This document shows, piece by piece, positions 50,237 through 60,205 of a stretch of DNA of 64,000 nt (position 1 is the stretch's first letter; the number at the start of each line of letters is the position of its first letter). The translations under genes were made by a program, and so were the position numbers. Origin of the DNA: an uncultured cyanobacterium (GTDB taxonomy: Bacteria > Cyanobacteriota > Cyanobacteriia > PCC-9006 > JAAUQQ01). The stretch lies in contig OY970368.1 of NCBI GenBank assembly GCA_963718615.1, positions 2,112,001 to 2,176,000 of the forward strand, written 5' to 3'. Below the pieces are notes generated by a model, which was given only the letters and a program-made list of their open reading frames with translations, did no database searches and was not told where the DNA came from.

Positions 50237-51490
50237 ATGTCAACCCTATTCTTAGATCCCATTACTGACGCCTGGACGTTGGAATTAGCCGATGCAGCCC
50301 GTGCTCAAGCTTGGCAGACCGCCCAGTCCCAAAGCACCCCTCACCGCCGTTGGGTTGCCTATATGAATCAACTATGTCTGACGGCAGTGGAAAATTTACT
50401 GGGCATAGGGAGTCAGACCGGCAGTAAAACCGGCAGTAACCTACCCTGTTCATGGGTGGCCGACGCAGCCTCCAGAACCGATATTTGGGAATTGGTCGAA
50501 GGCAGTGCGCTGACCGTTGGGGAGCATCGGTTGATTCTCTTGCCCACCGAAAGTGTGGATGCCCTTGAATTGGCTGTTCCCCAGGAATGGGTGGATATTC
50601 CGGATTGGGCTGGAGATTATTACGTTGCCGTTCAGTTGGCAGCGGACGAGGCTAGCCTCCGAATCCTGGGCTATGCCACCCACCCACAGCTCAAGGCCCA
50701 GGGGGACTACGACGCCTTTGACCGAACCTATCGCTACGACTGCGAGGATTTGATTCCCTGGGAGAGTTTCGGGCTCATCCATGCAGCCGACAATGCCTCC
50801 CAAACCCGCACCCCAGATCAACATCACGCGCTACCCCTGGCGACCATCCATTCGACCCAAGCCGAAACCCTGATTCAGCGCCTAGGTAACCCCAACGAGC
50901 CTTTGCCCCGTCTAGAAATTCCCTTTGACCAGTGGGGAGCCCTTCTAGCCCAACCTTCCTGGTGTCAACGACTGGGGGCTGCCCGCAGGGGCCAAGCGGC
51001 TTCCGCTGTTCCAGGACGGGTTATAGCCCCGGTGACTCGTCTATCGAATTGGCTCCAGCAACAATTTGAAAACGGCTGGCAACCGTTGGAAGGGAGCTCG
51101 CGCTTAGCTACCCGCAGCTTTCTGCAATCGCGCGGTAGTCAGGACCTGGAACCTGGAGAACCGGAGGAGGAGGCGATCGCCCCCAGGGTTTACACCGTCA
51201 AACCCCTAGCCCTGTCCAATGAAGCTCAACTGCTGTTGGTGTTGGGGGTAACCCCGTTGCGAGGAGGCGATCGGCGCATTGACCTTAGCCTAGAACCGGG
51301 CGAGACCCACGGCGTTTTGCCTCAGGCGACTCAGCTGCGTCTCCTCAGTGATACGGGGGCCGAACTGGGCCAAGCCCAGGCAGATGCCAATGAAATGATT
51401 GAAATGCAGTTTCGCGCTAGTCCCGGCGAAACCTTTGCCGTTGAAATTCGGAGTGAAAATATCCGATATTTCGAGCAGTTTGAAGTCTAG
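50237..51490 (+). CDS. DUF1822 family protein
   Basis: VPQEWVDIPDWAGDYYVAVQ, GYATH.QLK..G.YD..DRTY, LSNWLQ..FE.GWQ. Confidence 0.8.
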   Translation: MSTLFLDPITDAWTLELADAARAQAWQTAQSQSTPHRRWVAYMNQLCLTAVENLLGIGSQTGSKTGSNLPCSWVADAASRTDIWELVEGSALTVGEHRLILLPTESVDALELAVPQEWVDIPDWAGDYYVAVQLAADEASLRILGYATHPQLKAQGDYDAFDRTYRYDCEDLIPWESFGLIHAADNASQTRTPDQHHALPLATIHSTQAETLIQRLGNPNEPLPRLEIPFDQWGALLAQPSWCQRLGAARRGQAASAVPGRVIAPVTRLSNWLQQQFENGWQPLEGSSRLATRSFLQSRGSQDLEPGEPEEEAIAPRVYTVKPLALSNEAQLLLVLGVTPLRGGDRRIDLSLEPGETHGVLPQATQLRLLSDTGAELGQAQADANEMIEMQFRASPGETFAVEIRSENIRYFEQFEV

Positions 51491-51519
51491 ATCTAGAATT
51501 TTAGTTCTCTGCATTTGAT

Positions 51520-53907
51520 ATGAATAAGCGTGCAATTCTCCACTTGATTGGGAGTTTGGAAGAAGGCTTTCAAGTACTGCTTGAAGTCAGGGAAAGCTCC
51601 GGAACTATCCTAACAGACAAGAAAGGCCATTTGCCTGCTTTTCCTGCTGTTTCAACTGCCTTAGACGATTGGCAAACAGCCTATTTTAATTGCCTAGATA
51701 ACCATAGAATCGGACCTATTAATATTGTTGTTAAACGGAATCCCCAAGAGCAGATAAACCACTGCCGTTCCCTAGGTGAATCCTTGGAATCTTCGTTCCA
51801 GCGCTGGCTCGAATCACCGGATTTTCATATCGTTGATCTTCACCTGAGACAATCTCTCAATTCCTTGGACGATGCTCAAATTTTGGTTCGCGCTGACGAT
51901 CGCCGTATTCATCGATTACCGTGGCATACCTGGGAGCTGTTAGACCACTACCGCGATGCTGAAATCCTTTTAGGGAGCCCTCCCGAGTTGATCCCTCAAC
52001 CGATCTCCCAAAGTAAAAAGGTCAGAATTCTAGCCATTTTGGGGGATTCTACGGGCATTAATACACAATTCGATCGCCAAGAACTCCAGCAATTGCCCCA
52101 GGCCGAAGTCAGATTTCTAGTGGAACCGTCTCGGCAAGAGCTGAGCGATCGCCTCTGGGATCAACCCTGGGATATTCTCTTTTTTGCGGGCCATAGCTTC
52201 TCTGAAAATCAACAGGGATATCTGAGGATTAATAAAACTGAAAGCCTCACGATCAAAGAGTTGCGATTCGGTTTACAAAAGGCCATTGCTCGGGGATTAC
52301 AACTTGCAATTTTTAATTCCTGCCATGGACTGGGCATGGCCTACGAACTCGAACAACTTCACATTCCTCAAGTCGTGGTGATGCGAGAGCCCGTTCCCGA
52401 TCTCGTCGCCCAAGAATTCCTCAAGAACTTCTTAAACGCTTTTTCGAGTGGTTCTCCCCTTCACTTAGCCCTGAGACGTGCCCGAGAACGACTGCAAAGT
52501 TCCGAGGACAAATTTCCCTATGCCACTTGGCTGCCGGTTTTATTTCAAAATCCTGCCCTGCCCACGGCCACTTGGGATAGCCTGAAGCGACCGGATTCTT
52601 GGCGCGATCGCCTCTCTCTTTCACTGGGCCTGGGTGTTTGTACAACAATTGCTGTGATGGGTCTGCGCCTGCTGGGGCTGCTGCAACCAGCAGAATTTGC
52701 TTTTTTTGACCGCCTGATCCGCAATCGTCCTCCCGAGCCCCCTGATCGGGATGTTGTCATTGTCGAAGTAGATCAAGATGACCTAACGGCAGAGCGCGAT
52801 CGCCGCACCCCTGCGCAGCTCCAGGGACGATCACTCTCGGATGAAACACGGGAAGCGTTGTTGGCTCAGCTCAATACCTATGACCCCGCTCTGATTGGAC
52901 TCGATATTTATGGTGATATTCCAGCCACTTTACCCGCTCTCAAACAGCGCTTGGCCACTACGGAGAATCTCTACACGATTTGCAAATTGCAAGACCCGCA
53001 CCGCCCTGCGAGCGAAAGCTACGAACAACCGTCAGAGGTGCCAGATGAACGCGTAGGGTTTAGCGATTTGAAGACTGACGTGGATGAAATTATGCGTACC
53101 CAGCCGCTGTATGGCGATGTGGGGGTCGGATCTTTTCTGTGTACGGCGGAATATTCCTTCAGCGCCCTTCTCGCGTTTCGATGGCTTGAGGCTCGTGGAA
53201 AACCACTCGAACCCGCGATTGAAGCCGAAGAGACCTGGCGGTGGGGCAAGGTTGCGATTAATCCCATCGGTAGCAGTTGGTTGCGCCAGCCAGGATCGTT
53301 GCATCCCTATGGCCTTTATTTTGATAAAGAAACGATGTCCGGCCATCAAATCTGGCTAAATTACCGAGCAACGAGGATTTCTAGAAATGCAAAGAATCCA
53401 ACAGATGCGTTTTCTAAGGTGAAGTTGCGGGATGTGTTGGCAGGCAATCTGAATAAAAAAAGTTTTCAAGACCGAATTGTTCTTATCGGCGTCACAGCAC
53501 CCGAGGCCAAAGATTTCTGGAAAACCCCTTACCTAGACCAGGATGGTCAACCTTTAGAAATTCCAGGTGTTTACTTACATGCCCAGATGATCAGTCAGAT
53601 TATCAACGCAGAACAGCGGCCTTTGCTGCGAGCCATGCCCTGGGCTGTGGATGTACTGGTGATTGGAATGGTTGCGATCGCCCTGCTCTTTGGCCTTCAG
53701 CAGTTTACCGCTCAACATCGGCATTTGCGTTGGTTCGCTGTTTTAACGGGTCTCGCGCTGTTGCTCGTGTATGGGGGCTGCCGGTTGGTGTTTGGGGTTC
53801 TGGGGGTCTATTTGCCTTTTGTACCCATTGCTTTTTCTTTACTCGGGGGTAGCTTGGGCGTTGGATTGCAGCGATCGCCTGCTGCACAAACATTTCGTAT
53901 CAGCTAA
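51520..53907 (+). CDS. CHAT domain plus CHASE2 domain membrane protein
   Basis: FFAGHS and FNSC dyad motifs; TM; IGLDIY, VGFSD, IVLIG, PGVYLHAQ; three C-terminal TMs. Confidence 0.85.
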   Translation: MNKRAILHLIGSLEEGFQVLLEVRESSGTILTDKKGHLPAFPAVSTALDDWQTAYFNCLDNHRIGPINIVVKRNPQEQINHCRSLGESLESSFQRWLESPDFHIVDLHLRQSLNSLDDAQILVRADDRRIHRLPWHTWELLDHYRDAEILLGSPPELIPQPISQSKKVRILAILGDSTGINTQFDRQELQQLPQAEVRFLVEPSRQELSDRLWDQPWDILFFAGHSFSENQQGYLRINKTESLTIKELRFGLQKAIARGLQLAIFNSCHGLGMAYELEQLHIPQVVVMREPVPDLVAQEFLKNFLNAFSSGSPLHLALRRARERLQSSEDKFPYATWLPVLFQNPALPTATWDSLKRPDSWRDRLSLSLGLGVCTTIAVMGLRLLGLLQPAEFAFFDRLIRNRPPEPPDRDVVIVEVDQDDLTAERDRRTPAQLQGRSLSDETREALLAQLNTYDPALIGLDIYGDIPATLPALKQRLATTENLYTICKLQDPHRPASESYEQPSEVPDERVGFSDLKTDVDEIMRTQPLYGDVGVGSFLCTAEYSFSALLAFRWLEARGKPLEPAIEAEETWRWGKVAINPIGSSWLRQPGSLHPYGLYFDKETMSGHQIWLNYRATRISRNAKNPTDAFSKVKLRDVLAGNLNKKSFQDRIVLIGVTAPEAKDFWKTPYLDQDGQPLEIPGVYLHAQMISQIINAEQRPLLRAMPWAVDVLVIGMVAIALLFGLQQFTAQHRHLRWFAVLTGLALLLVYGGCRLVFGVLGVYLPFVPIAFSLLGGSLGVGLQRSPAAQTFRIS

Positions 53908-53922
53908 TCGAGGGATCGTTTT

Positions 53923-54726
53923 ATGAGTTATAAGCATCACCAGGATCACAAAAACCTGCGTCAGAGCCTCAAGCCGGTTTTGCTCGCGCTGGGCATTGGT
54001 CTGTTGTTGGTTTTGCAATTTTCAGAGGTGGGGTTGGCAATGGGCGATCGCTCAAATCGAGGGCCATATATTTCCAAACGGGGCGGGGGCACCCGAGGCT
54101 GTGGCGACCCGATGACTGCATTTGTACCAACGGAGTTGGTGACATTAGAAAATGGTAATGCTGTTGAAGATACGCGGGGCTATACGACGCAAGAGCGACC
54201 TGAATTTTGGGTGAATGTTCCCTACAGCCCAGACGAGATTCAATCTTTGACGTTTAGAGTTCAAAATAGAAAAACGAAACAGAATCTCTACGAGGTGACG
54301 GTTACGCCTGCGGCAACACCGGGTTTGATCAAATTGCAAATTCCTGACTCAGAACCTGGATTGCAGGTAGGCACGCGCTATCAGTGGAGTCTCAAGGCAA
54401 AGCTTAAGTGTGTTGTTCCTAACAACCAAATCATCGAACCGATAACTGATGTCGTTGCCTTTGTCGAGCGCTATGAACCTGATGCAAAACTCAAGCAATC
54501 GCTAGCTGGAGCTTCACCCGAAGAGCAAGTGCAAATCTACAGCGAAGAAAATACTTGGTATGACGCCTTTAGCCTGATGCAGGCTCTAAAGAAAGATGGC
54601 TCTAAGAATACCACCGCAACCTACCAGATTTGGAAGCAGCTTTTAGGTGACTATGGGCTTTGTCTACTCGTTGGTTTGCACCCGCAGCAATGGAAGCAGA
54701 GAAGATTGGAAGATAGCCCGAGGTAG
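53923..54726 (+). CDS. DUF928 domain protein
   Basis: Signal peptide, GGGTRG.C, T..ERPEFWVNVPY, YQWSL, WYDA. Confidence 0.8.
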   Translation: MSYKHHQDHKNLRQSLKPVLLALGIGLLLVLQFSEVGLAMGDRSNRGPYISKRGGGTRGCGDPMTAFVPTELVTLENGNAVEDTRGYTTQERPEFWVNVPYSPDEIQSLTFRVQNRKTKQNLYEVTVTPAATPGLIKLQIPDSEPGLQVGTRYQWSLKAKLKCVVPNNQIIEPITDVVAFVERYEPDAKLKQSLAGASPEEQVQIYSEENTWYDAFSLMQALKKDGSKNTTATYQIWKQLLGDYGLCLLVGLHPQQWKQRRLEDSPR

Positions 54727-54906
54727 AAACAATTAGTAGCAGGAAGAATTTTTAACTTTGTTCCTTTTCAGGGAGAATGAAAGGGGGGAGTAGTGATAGA
54801 TTACGCCTGTTCTCCTGCTTTTTTAAATGGTAGAGGAACTCGAACGGAATACTATCTTACCCAAGGTTGGAGAAAGTCTGAAGCTTTTAGGGAAATCTCT
54901 GAACTA

Positions 54907-55710
54907 ATGTTGCTAAAAGAAATATTTCTAGGCCATCCTCAATTTTCTTGGAAACTCTTCCTTTTAGGTGGTTTATGGGTTAGTTTGGGTGCTGCGATTG
55001 CCACCGCCCAAACTTCTTCTGTTCCCCTCGGTTCAGAGATTCATTTTAACCCGCCACCGCTGCCCCCAAATCTAAACAACCCGCTATCTAACCATCATCA
55101 ATCTTCATGCTCCGAGACGGCGAAGACGATATCCGCAACAGCAATTTTGCCGCATCAGTTCGGTGGGCTGACGCTTCAGGAGTCTCCTATTGTATTTGTG
55201 CGGGGCGATCTATCACAAAACAATCTTCCTCAATCGACGCTACCGGAAACAAGTTTAGCGAAAACTCCTGAAATCAAAGCCTTGCTCAAGCTCGAACGTA
55301 ATGGCCTGCGCGAGGTTGAAACGCCTATTCAACTCTCGCTCACCTCCCTGCCGGACTACCTCGAAATCGATCTCTCTAAAGCTAACATTCGTCTAGAACG
55401 CGAAGCTTTGTATCGCTGGGAAATCACCTTCGCTTGCCCAAATTCATCCCGCAGCCACAGCGTGAGTGGATGGATCCAAACGGTCACTCCGCCTCCCACT
55501 TTGACGGAAACGATTGCCCAAGCAACACTGCTACAAAAATTACAGTTGTATAGTCAGTATGGCCTTTGGTACGACGCGCTGCAAGCGGCGACGGCGATCG
55601 CCAAAACCGGCGACTTCATTCCCCTAAAACAACTCCAGCACTCTAGCTTTATCCCCATCGACCCACCAATACAAATGGAGCCCAAAAATAAGGTGCTTTC
55701 TGATCTTTGA
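54907..55710 (+). CDS. DUF928 domain protein (second, divergent)
   Basis: Signal peptide, FNPPP, GGLT.QESP, YRW.I...C, VSGWIQ, GLWYDAL; start uncertain. Confidence 0.7.
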   Translation: MLLKEIFLGHPQFSWKLFLLGGLWVSLGAAIATAQTSSVPLGSEIHFNPPPLPPNLNNPLSNHHQSSCSETAKTISATAILPHQFGGLTLQESPIVFVRGDLSQNNLPQSTLPETSLAKTPEIKALLKLERNGLREVETPIQLSLTSLPDYLEIDLSKANIRLEREALYRWEITFACPNSSRSHSVSGWIQTVTPPPTLTETIAQATLLQKLQLYSQYGLWYDALQAATAIAKTGDFIPLKQLQHSSFIPIDPPIQMEPKNKVLSDL

Positions 55711-58345
55711 TGAGCTGAATTTGTGCCTCCCTTAAGGCATTTGCCTTAGACGTTTGCTCGGTTAAATAACGATTATAAAAAGTTCCGACCACACGGCTAG
55801 TTGATTCATCATCAACATTCCAAAGTGTTGCCAAAACGCTGCGAGCACCGGCTCGAAACCCCGCGCCAGCGATGCCTAGAGCTGCTCGGCGATCGCCCGT
55901 GGCGGTTTGGCAAGCGCTCAAAATTAGCAAATCGATTGGGGTTGCTTGGGTATCTTCTTGGATTCGCAAAAATTGACTGAGTTCATTAACATTAATTTGT
56001 TGATCCCAAGCGAGAAGATATGTGTCTTCTGCCTTGCTGCTAAAGACGCCATGGGTGGCAAAGTGAACGATGGAAAAATCGCGATCGCTAATCACCCGTT
56101 TAACCCTTTCCACCGTAAAGGCTTCATCGATTAAAAACTCTCCCGGTAGCTGCTGCTGAACCTGTTCAATTTCACCACGGGCCGCATTGAGTTGGCGAAA
56201 CGGTGTCCGCTCCTGGGTCATGGCGGCAGCTAGGACAAACGCATTAGCTGGCGTGACAGTGGTATGTTTCGGAAGCTGGATGCTGGGAGCGATCGCAATG
56301 CTAAAATCCTGAACTAAGTGATGTTGAGTTTCCGGGTCATAGAGTGCCGCAACGGGCACCGCACTCAGCACGCTATCGAACACAAACACAAGGGTTTTGA
56401 CCTTCTCTTGGTCGAGACTGGTCCGCAAGGGGGCAATCATCCAGTTATAAATTTGTGTAGCGGGCTCAAAGAAATCCGAGGAATCCGAGTCACTTTCAAC
56501 CTGCGCGGCTGTCGTTAAACGGTCCACAGCGCCTTCTAGGGTCGCTTGATCCACGAGAGTTGAAAAACGTTTTAAGGGAGACTGTTTGCCCGGAAGTTTG
56601 AGAATCAGCTCTAGCCGGTCGGGTAACACGATTGAGTACAGTACTGCTTGACCCTCTTCTGTCAGATCGTCTAGAGCGGAGCGGGGAATGGCGCAGGGCT
56701 CCCGAAAATAGTTGTCGATTTCCGCAAGCTGAAGCCGCTCCACAATATTCCGTGCTGTCTTGAGATCTTCCTCGCTCGTCTTGCTTCCCGGCTGTAGCAA
56801 GAGATCGACGTAGTCGCGGTACACCGGCTCGACCTGATCTCGAAAGGAGAACTGAATCTCTCGGTTGGTCGCGACGAGATCGCGGCGTAAGCTATCCAAA
56901 TCCTGAACTGCGCCCCGGTAAGCCAAGAGTGCCTGCGATCGCTGGTTTTTCTCCGCCAGCAACTGTCCCATGCGCCACTGCCAGCGATAGGACAGATCGG
57001 TTGCGCCGCGACTTTGGGATTGGGCCAAGGCATCGCGAATATAAACCTCTGCACGATCGCGATCGCCAATCGTCCTATAGAGTTCTCCAAGATAACCGGT
57101 GACGTAGTTGATGGCCTGGGGGTCTTGGATTTGCTGCGCCAAGACGAGAGCTTCTTCCAGCAGAGCTGCCATCTCCTCAGCCTGCACCAAAACCGGTAAA
57201 TCGACAGTGTTGATGGGCTCTTGTTGTCGCAACCGAGCGTAGCGCAGCAGGCTCTGCACAAGGTTGATACGGCCATAAATTGCGGTGCGATCGCCCCCAA
57301 GCTCCTTAAAGTTTTGTTGAAGAGCTGCCACAAGCGGTTCGATTTGATTTGCCCAATCGCGGTTTTGTTGGAGGAGCGATCGCTGCTTTGAAAAGAAAGG
57401 CGTTCGCAGCAGTTGATCGTAGGACAAAGATGCAGCCCTTTCTTGGAGTAACCGTAAGCTATCCAGTCCCACTTCGATCCCCTCTATGCCAAGGCGAATG
57501 GCATGGGTTTGAGCTTGAGCTTGGGTGGTTAGTGCTGTGTCAGCATTCTCTGTGATGAGCTTCTGATACGCACTCAGGAGATCACTTAATTCTCGCACGT
57601 ACTCCACTTCAAGCGGCTTGGGCTCTGGGGATTGAACCGAATTACCTTTTAAGATTTCGCCTAAATCACCGAGCTCTCGTCTTGTGGCACTGAGGTCTTG
57701 GCTGCTGAGCCGGATGGCCTGAGTGTTAAGCAGGGCAAGCTGGGCTGCGATCGCCTCCTGCGGAAACTGGTCAGCAGCAGCAGTCTGGCTCGTTTTGAGC
57801 GCTATCTCTGCAACATTGAGTTGGCCCACCAAGCCGAGTGACTCTCCCAATAGACGCAGGCCAATGATCTGAGTTTTGGTCTTGAAGGATTGTGCTTCCA
57901 AATCCGTTAGTTTTAATTGGGCACAGTCCTGCTGGGGCAATGACAATGCTTTCAAGAGGGTATTGCAAGATCGTCGGGTTTGTCCTAGAGACTCTAGGGC
58001 TTGAGCCTGATAGATCAATGTGCGACTGACGCCATCAGGGTTGCCCAATGCCGCGTAGGTTTTTTGAGCGGTTTCCCACTGGGCGAATGCGGCTGGGTAG
58101 TCGCCTGCGTTATAGTGCGATCGCCCTTCTCCAACGAGTTGCTCTGCGACTGGATTGGCAGGTGTGGGGTTAACCTGGGCCGCTGCCCCCAGCGCACTGA
58201 CCATCGCCACCCAAAAACTTCCCGCTCCTACACCATGGAGCAAGAACACGAGACAGAAACTCAGAAAGGACATGCCCCAATGCCGCAAACGACTCTGGCT
58301 GATGTTCCAACGATTTGTGAGATTTGTAATTTTCCAAATATTCAT
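55649..58345 (-). CDS. Exported TPR-CHAT (caspase-like) protease
   Basis: N-terminal hydrophobic signal; FSFRDQVEPVYR; HFATHG and LSACQTA dyad; ATLWNVDD; YFWAPFVLVG. Confidence 0.9.
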   Translation of the reverse strand: MNIWKITNLTNRWNISQSRLRHWGMSFLSFCLVFLLHGVGAGSFWVAMVSALGAAAQVNPTPANPVAEQLVGEGRSHYNAGDYPAAFAQWETAQKTYAALGNPDGVSRTLIYQAQALESLGQTRRSCNTLLKALSLPQQDCAQLKLTDLEAQSFKTKTQIIGLRLLGESLGLVGQLNVAEIALKTSQTAAADQFPQEAIAAQLALLNTQAIRLSSQDLSATRRELGDLGEILKGNSVQSPEPKPLEVEYVRELSDLLSAYQKLITENADTALTTQAQAQTHAIRLGIEGIEVGLDSLRLLQERAASLSYDQLLRTPFFSKQRSLLQQNRDWANQIEPLVAALQQNFKELGGDRTAIYGRINLVQSLLRYARLRQQEPINTVDLPVLVQAEEMAALLEEALVLAQQIQDPQAINYVTGYLGELYRTIGDRDRAEVYIRDALAQSQSRGATDLSYRWQWRMGQLLAEKNQRSQALLAYRGAVQDLDSLRRDLVATNREIQFSFRDQVEPVYRDYVDLLLQPGSKTSEEDLKTARNIVERLQLAEIDNYFREPCAIPRSALDDLTEEGQAVLYSIVLPDRLELILKLPGKQSPLKRFSTLVDQATLEGAVDRLTTAAQVESDSDSSDFFEPATQIYNWMIAPLRTSLDQEKVKTLVFVFDSVLSAVPVAALYDPETQHHLVQDFSIAIAPSIQLPKHTTVTPANAFVLAAAMTQERTPFRQLNAARGEIEQVQQQLPGEFLIDEAFTVERVKRVISDRDFSIVHFATHGVFSSKAEDTYLLAWDQQINVNELSQFLRIQEDTQATPIDLLILSACQTATGDRRAALGIAGAGFRAGARSVLATLWNVDDESTSRVVGTFYNRYLTEQTSKANALREAQIQLIKDQKAPYFWAPFVLVGRWG

Positions 58346-58426
58346 AGTGCTGCTTCTCTCTCAAATGTGCTCAGCCATTACCCATACAGTGATCGTTTCT
58401 GCTGCGATTACCCTTAAATTTGCCCA

Positions 58427-60205
58427 TTAAAACAATCGATATCGAAACGAAACATTTAGCCCTCGCGCTTGCAGACTGTCGCCTTCTCCCTTCACATCAA
58501 TCAGCGGAATACCGTAGTCGATTCGCCCTGAAAAGCGGCGATCGCCCCCACTCTCAAACAACAATCCCAAACCAGTAGAAGCAATAAAACTGGGATCGGG
58601 ATTGGGCCGATCGCCTCGATTAAACGCACCCCCCACATCCAAAAACGGTACGATCTGCAACCGACTCGCCTGCCGCTGCCCAGATTTGAGGAGAGGCCAA
58701 CGCAGTTCCGCCGAAGCAAACCAGCCGCTATCCCCCAGCAGCACATCCTGTCGATAGCCCCGCACCGTATTTGTGCCACCAACCCCAAATTGAGCCAAAG
58801 GAACCAGGGGACGGGAAGCCAGTTGTAGACTTGACCGGGCAAGGAAGGTCGCTTCAGGGGCGATCGCCCGACCATACTGGGCCTGTCCGCGCCAGAGAAA
58901 AAACTGGCTATCGGGTTCGTCTCCCGCCTGATTGCTTGCGCCCAGGAATGGCAGTCCCGCTGAGACTTGCGATCGCAACGCCCAAAAATCCTGCTCACTG
59001 CGCTTGGTGTAATCCTGAAAAAAACGCAGCTCATGGATCACCGTTTTGCCCTGATCATCAGACCCTGGCGAAGGAAACGGTGCGTTTAGTTCCTCAATAA
59101 ATCGCGCTTGGGTTTGGCGACGGGAGAGGCTTGCACCCAGGGCAATTTCTCGGCTAGGGGTCTCCACGAGGGGCTGTCGATAACTCAATTCCCAAGCCGA
59201 GGCATCGGCGTTGATCGCAAGAATATCGAAGGGTTCCTCGATGACATTACTGCGGGTTAAACTGACATTCAAATCAAGGCGACCATTGCGGGGATTGAGG
59301 GGATAGCTGTATCCCAAATCAAGGCTGTTGCTGCCGTTGGTATTGCCGTAGGCGACGTTAAAGCGATCGCCCTTTCCCGACAAGTTCAAATGCTGGAATT
59401 GCACCTGTCTTTGCCAACTGCCAACGCTGGGGGAACGATTATTATTGAGGCCTAAGTCCAGGGAAACGGCTCGGGCTTCTTCGACTTCAACGCGCAAAAA
59501 GCTAGTGCCAATTCTGGTGCCGCTGGACAGTTCGGCGGTGATACTGGCCAGCAGGGGATCGAGACGCAGGAGCTGCAAGGTTTCAAGCAGGGTCTTTTTG
59601 TTGATTGGTTTGCCGGTGCCTTGGAAGATGCGATCGCGAATATAAGCTTGATCTAGCCTTTGGGTTCCCAGAATCTCAACCTCTGCCAGTAGACCTTCGA
59701 TCACCTGAATTTTGACAATCCCATTCTCAAATTTGTGCTCAGGGATGACCGCCCCGGAAGTCACATAGTTATTTTTAATATAGAGGTCCGTAATGGCCGT
59801 TGCAGCGCTAATCAGTTCGACTTGACTGAGGGGGCGATTGAGAAAGGATGTCAGCACTGCATCGAGTTCTGCGGGGGTGAAAACGGTACTTCCAAGCACT
59901 TCAAATTGCCTGACGGTAATGGTGTCAGCGTCGAGCACATCATTCCTTTCTTCCGCAGGAACAACCGGTAATAACTGGTTTTGTTGCAGAGTCTCTTCGG
60001 GAGAAGGGGCAGGATTGGTGAAATCAGGATCTGGAAACTCAGAATCTTGTGGATTTGGGGTGACACCAGGGCCGAGGGGTCTGAGGTTGGGCAGGGAGGA
60101 CTGGGCTGGGGCTGGGGGGGCAAAAACTAGGGCGAGGAAAAGACTGGGCAGGGCGATCGCGCCCCAGCTAAATGGCTGTCGATCGAGCAAAACCTGATCA
60201 TTCAT
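58427..60205 (-). CDS. ShlB/FhaC/HecB family two-partner secretion transporter (TpsB)
   Basis: POTRA domains (ITDLY...YVTSGA), VRGYRQD motif, C-terminal F. Confidence 0.92.
   Translation of the reverse strand: MNDQVLLDRQPFSWGAIALPSLFLALVFAPPAPAQSSLPNLRPLGPGVTPNPQDSEFPDPDFTNPAPSPEETLQQNQLLPVVPAEERNDVLDADTITVRQFEVLGSTVFTPAELDAVLTSFLNRPLSQVELISAATAITDLYIKNNYVTSGAVIPEHKFENGIVKIQVIEGLLAEVEILGTQRLDQAYIRDRIFQGTGKPINKKTLLETLQLLRLDPLLASITAELSSGTRIGTSFLRVEVEEARAVSLDLGLNNNRSPSVGSWQRQVQFQHLNLSGKGDRFNVAYGNTNGSNSLDLGYSYPLNPRNGRLDLNVSLTRSNVIEEPFDILAINADASAWELSYRQPLVETPSREIALGASLSRRQTQARFIEELNAPFPSPGSDDQGKTVIHELRFFQDYTKRSEQDFWALRSQVSAGLPFLGASNQAGDEPDSQFFLWRGQAQYGRAIAPEATFLARSSLQLASRPLVPLAQFGVGGTNTVRGYRQDVLLGDSGWFASAELRWPLLKSGQRQASRLQIVPFLDVGGAFNRGDRPNPDPSFIASTGLGLLFESGGDRRFSGRIDYGIPLIDVKGEGDSLQARGLNVSFRYRLF

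Noticed and set aside
54661-54730. Possible tiny MITE at the 3' end of the first DUF928 gene
   Set aside because: The inverted repeat is short and imperfect, with no target duplication or second copy seen
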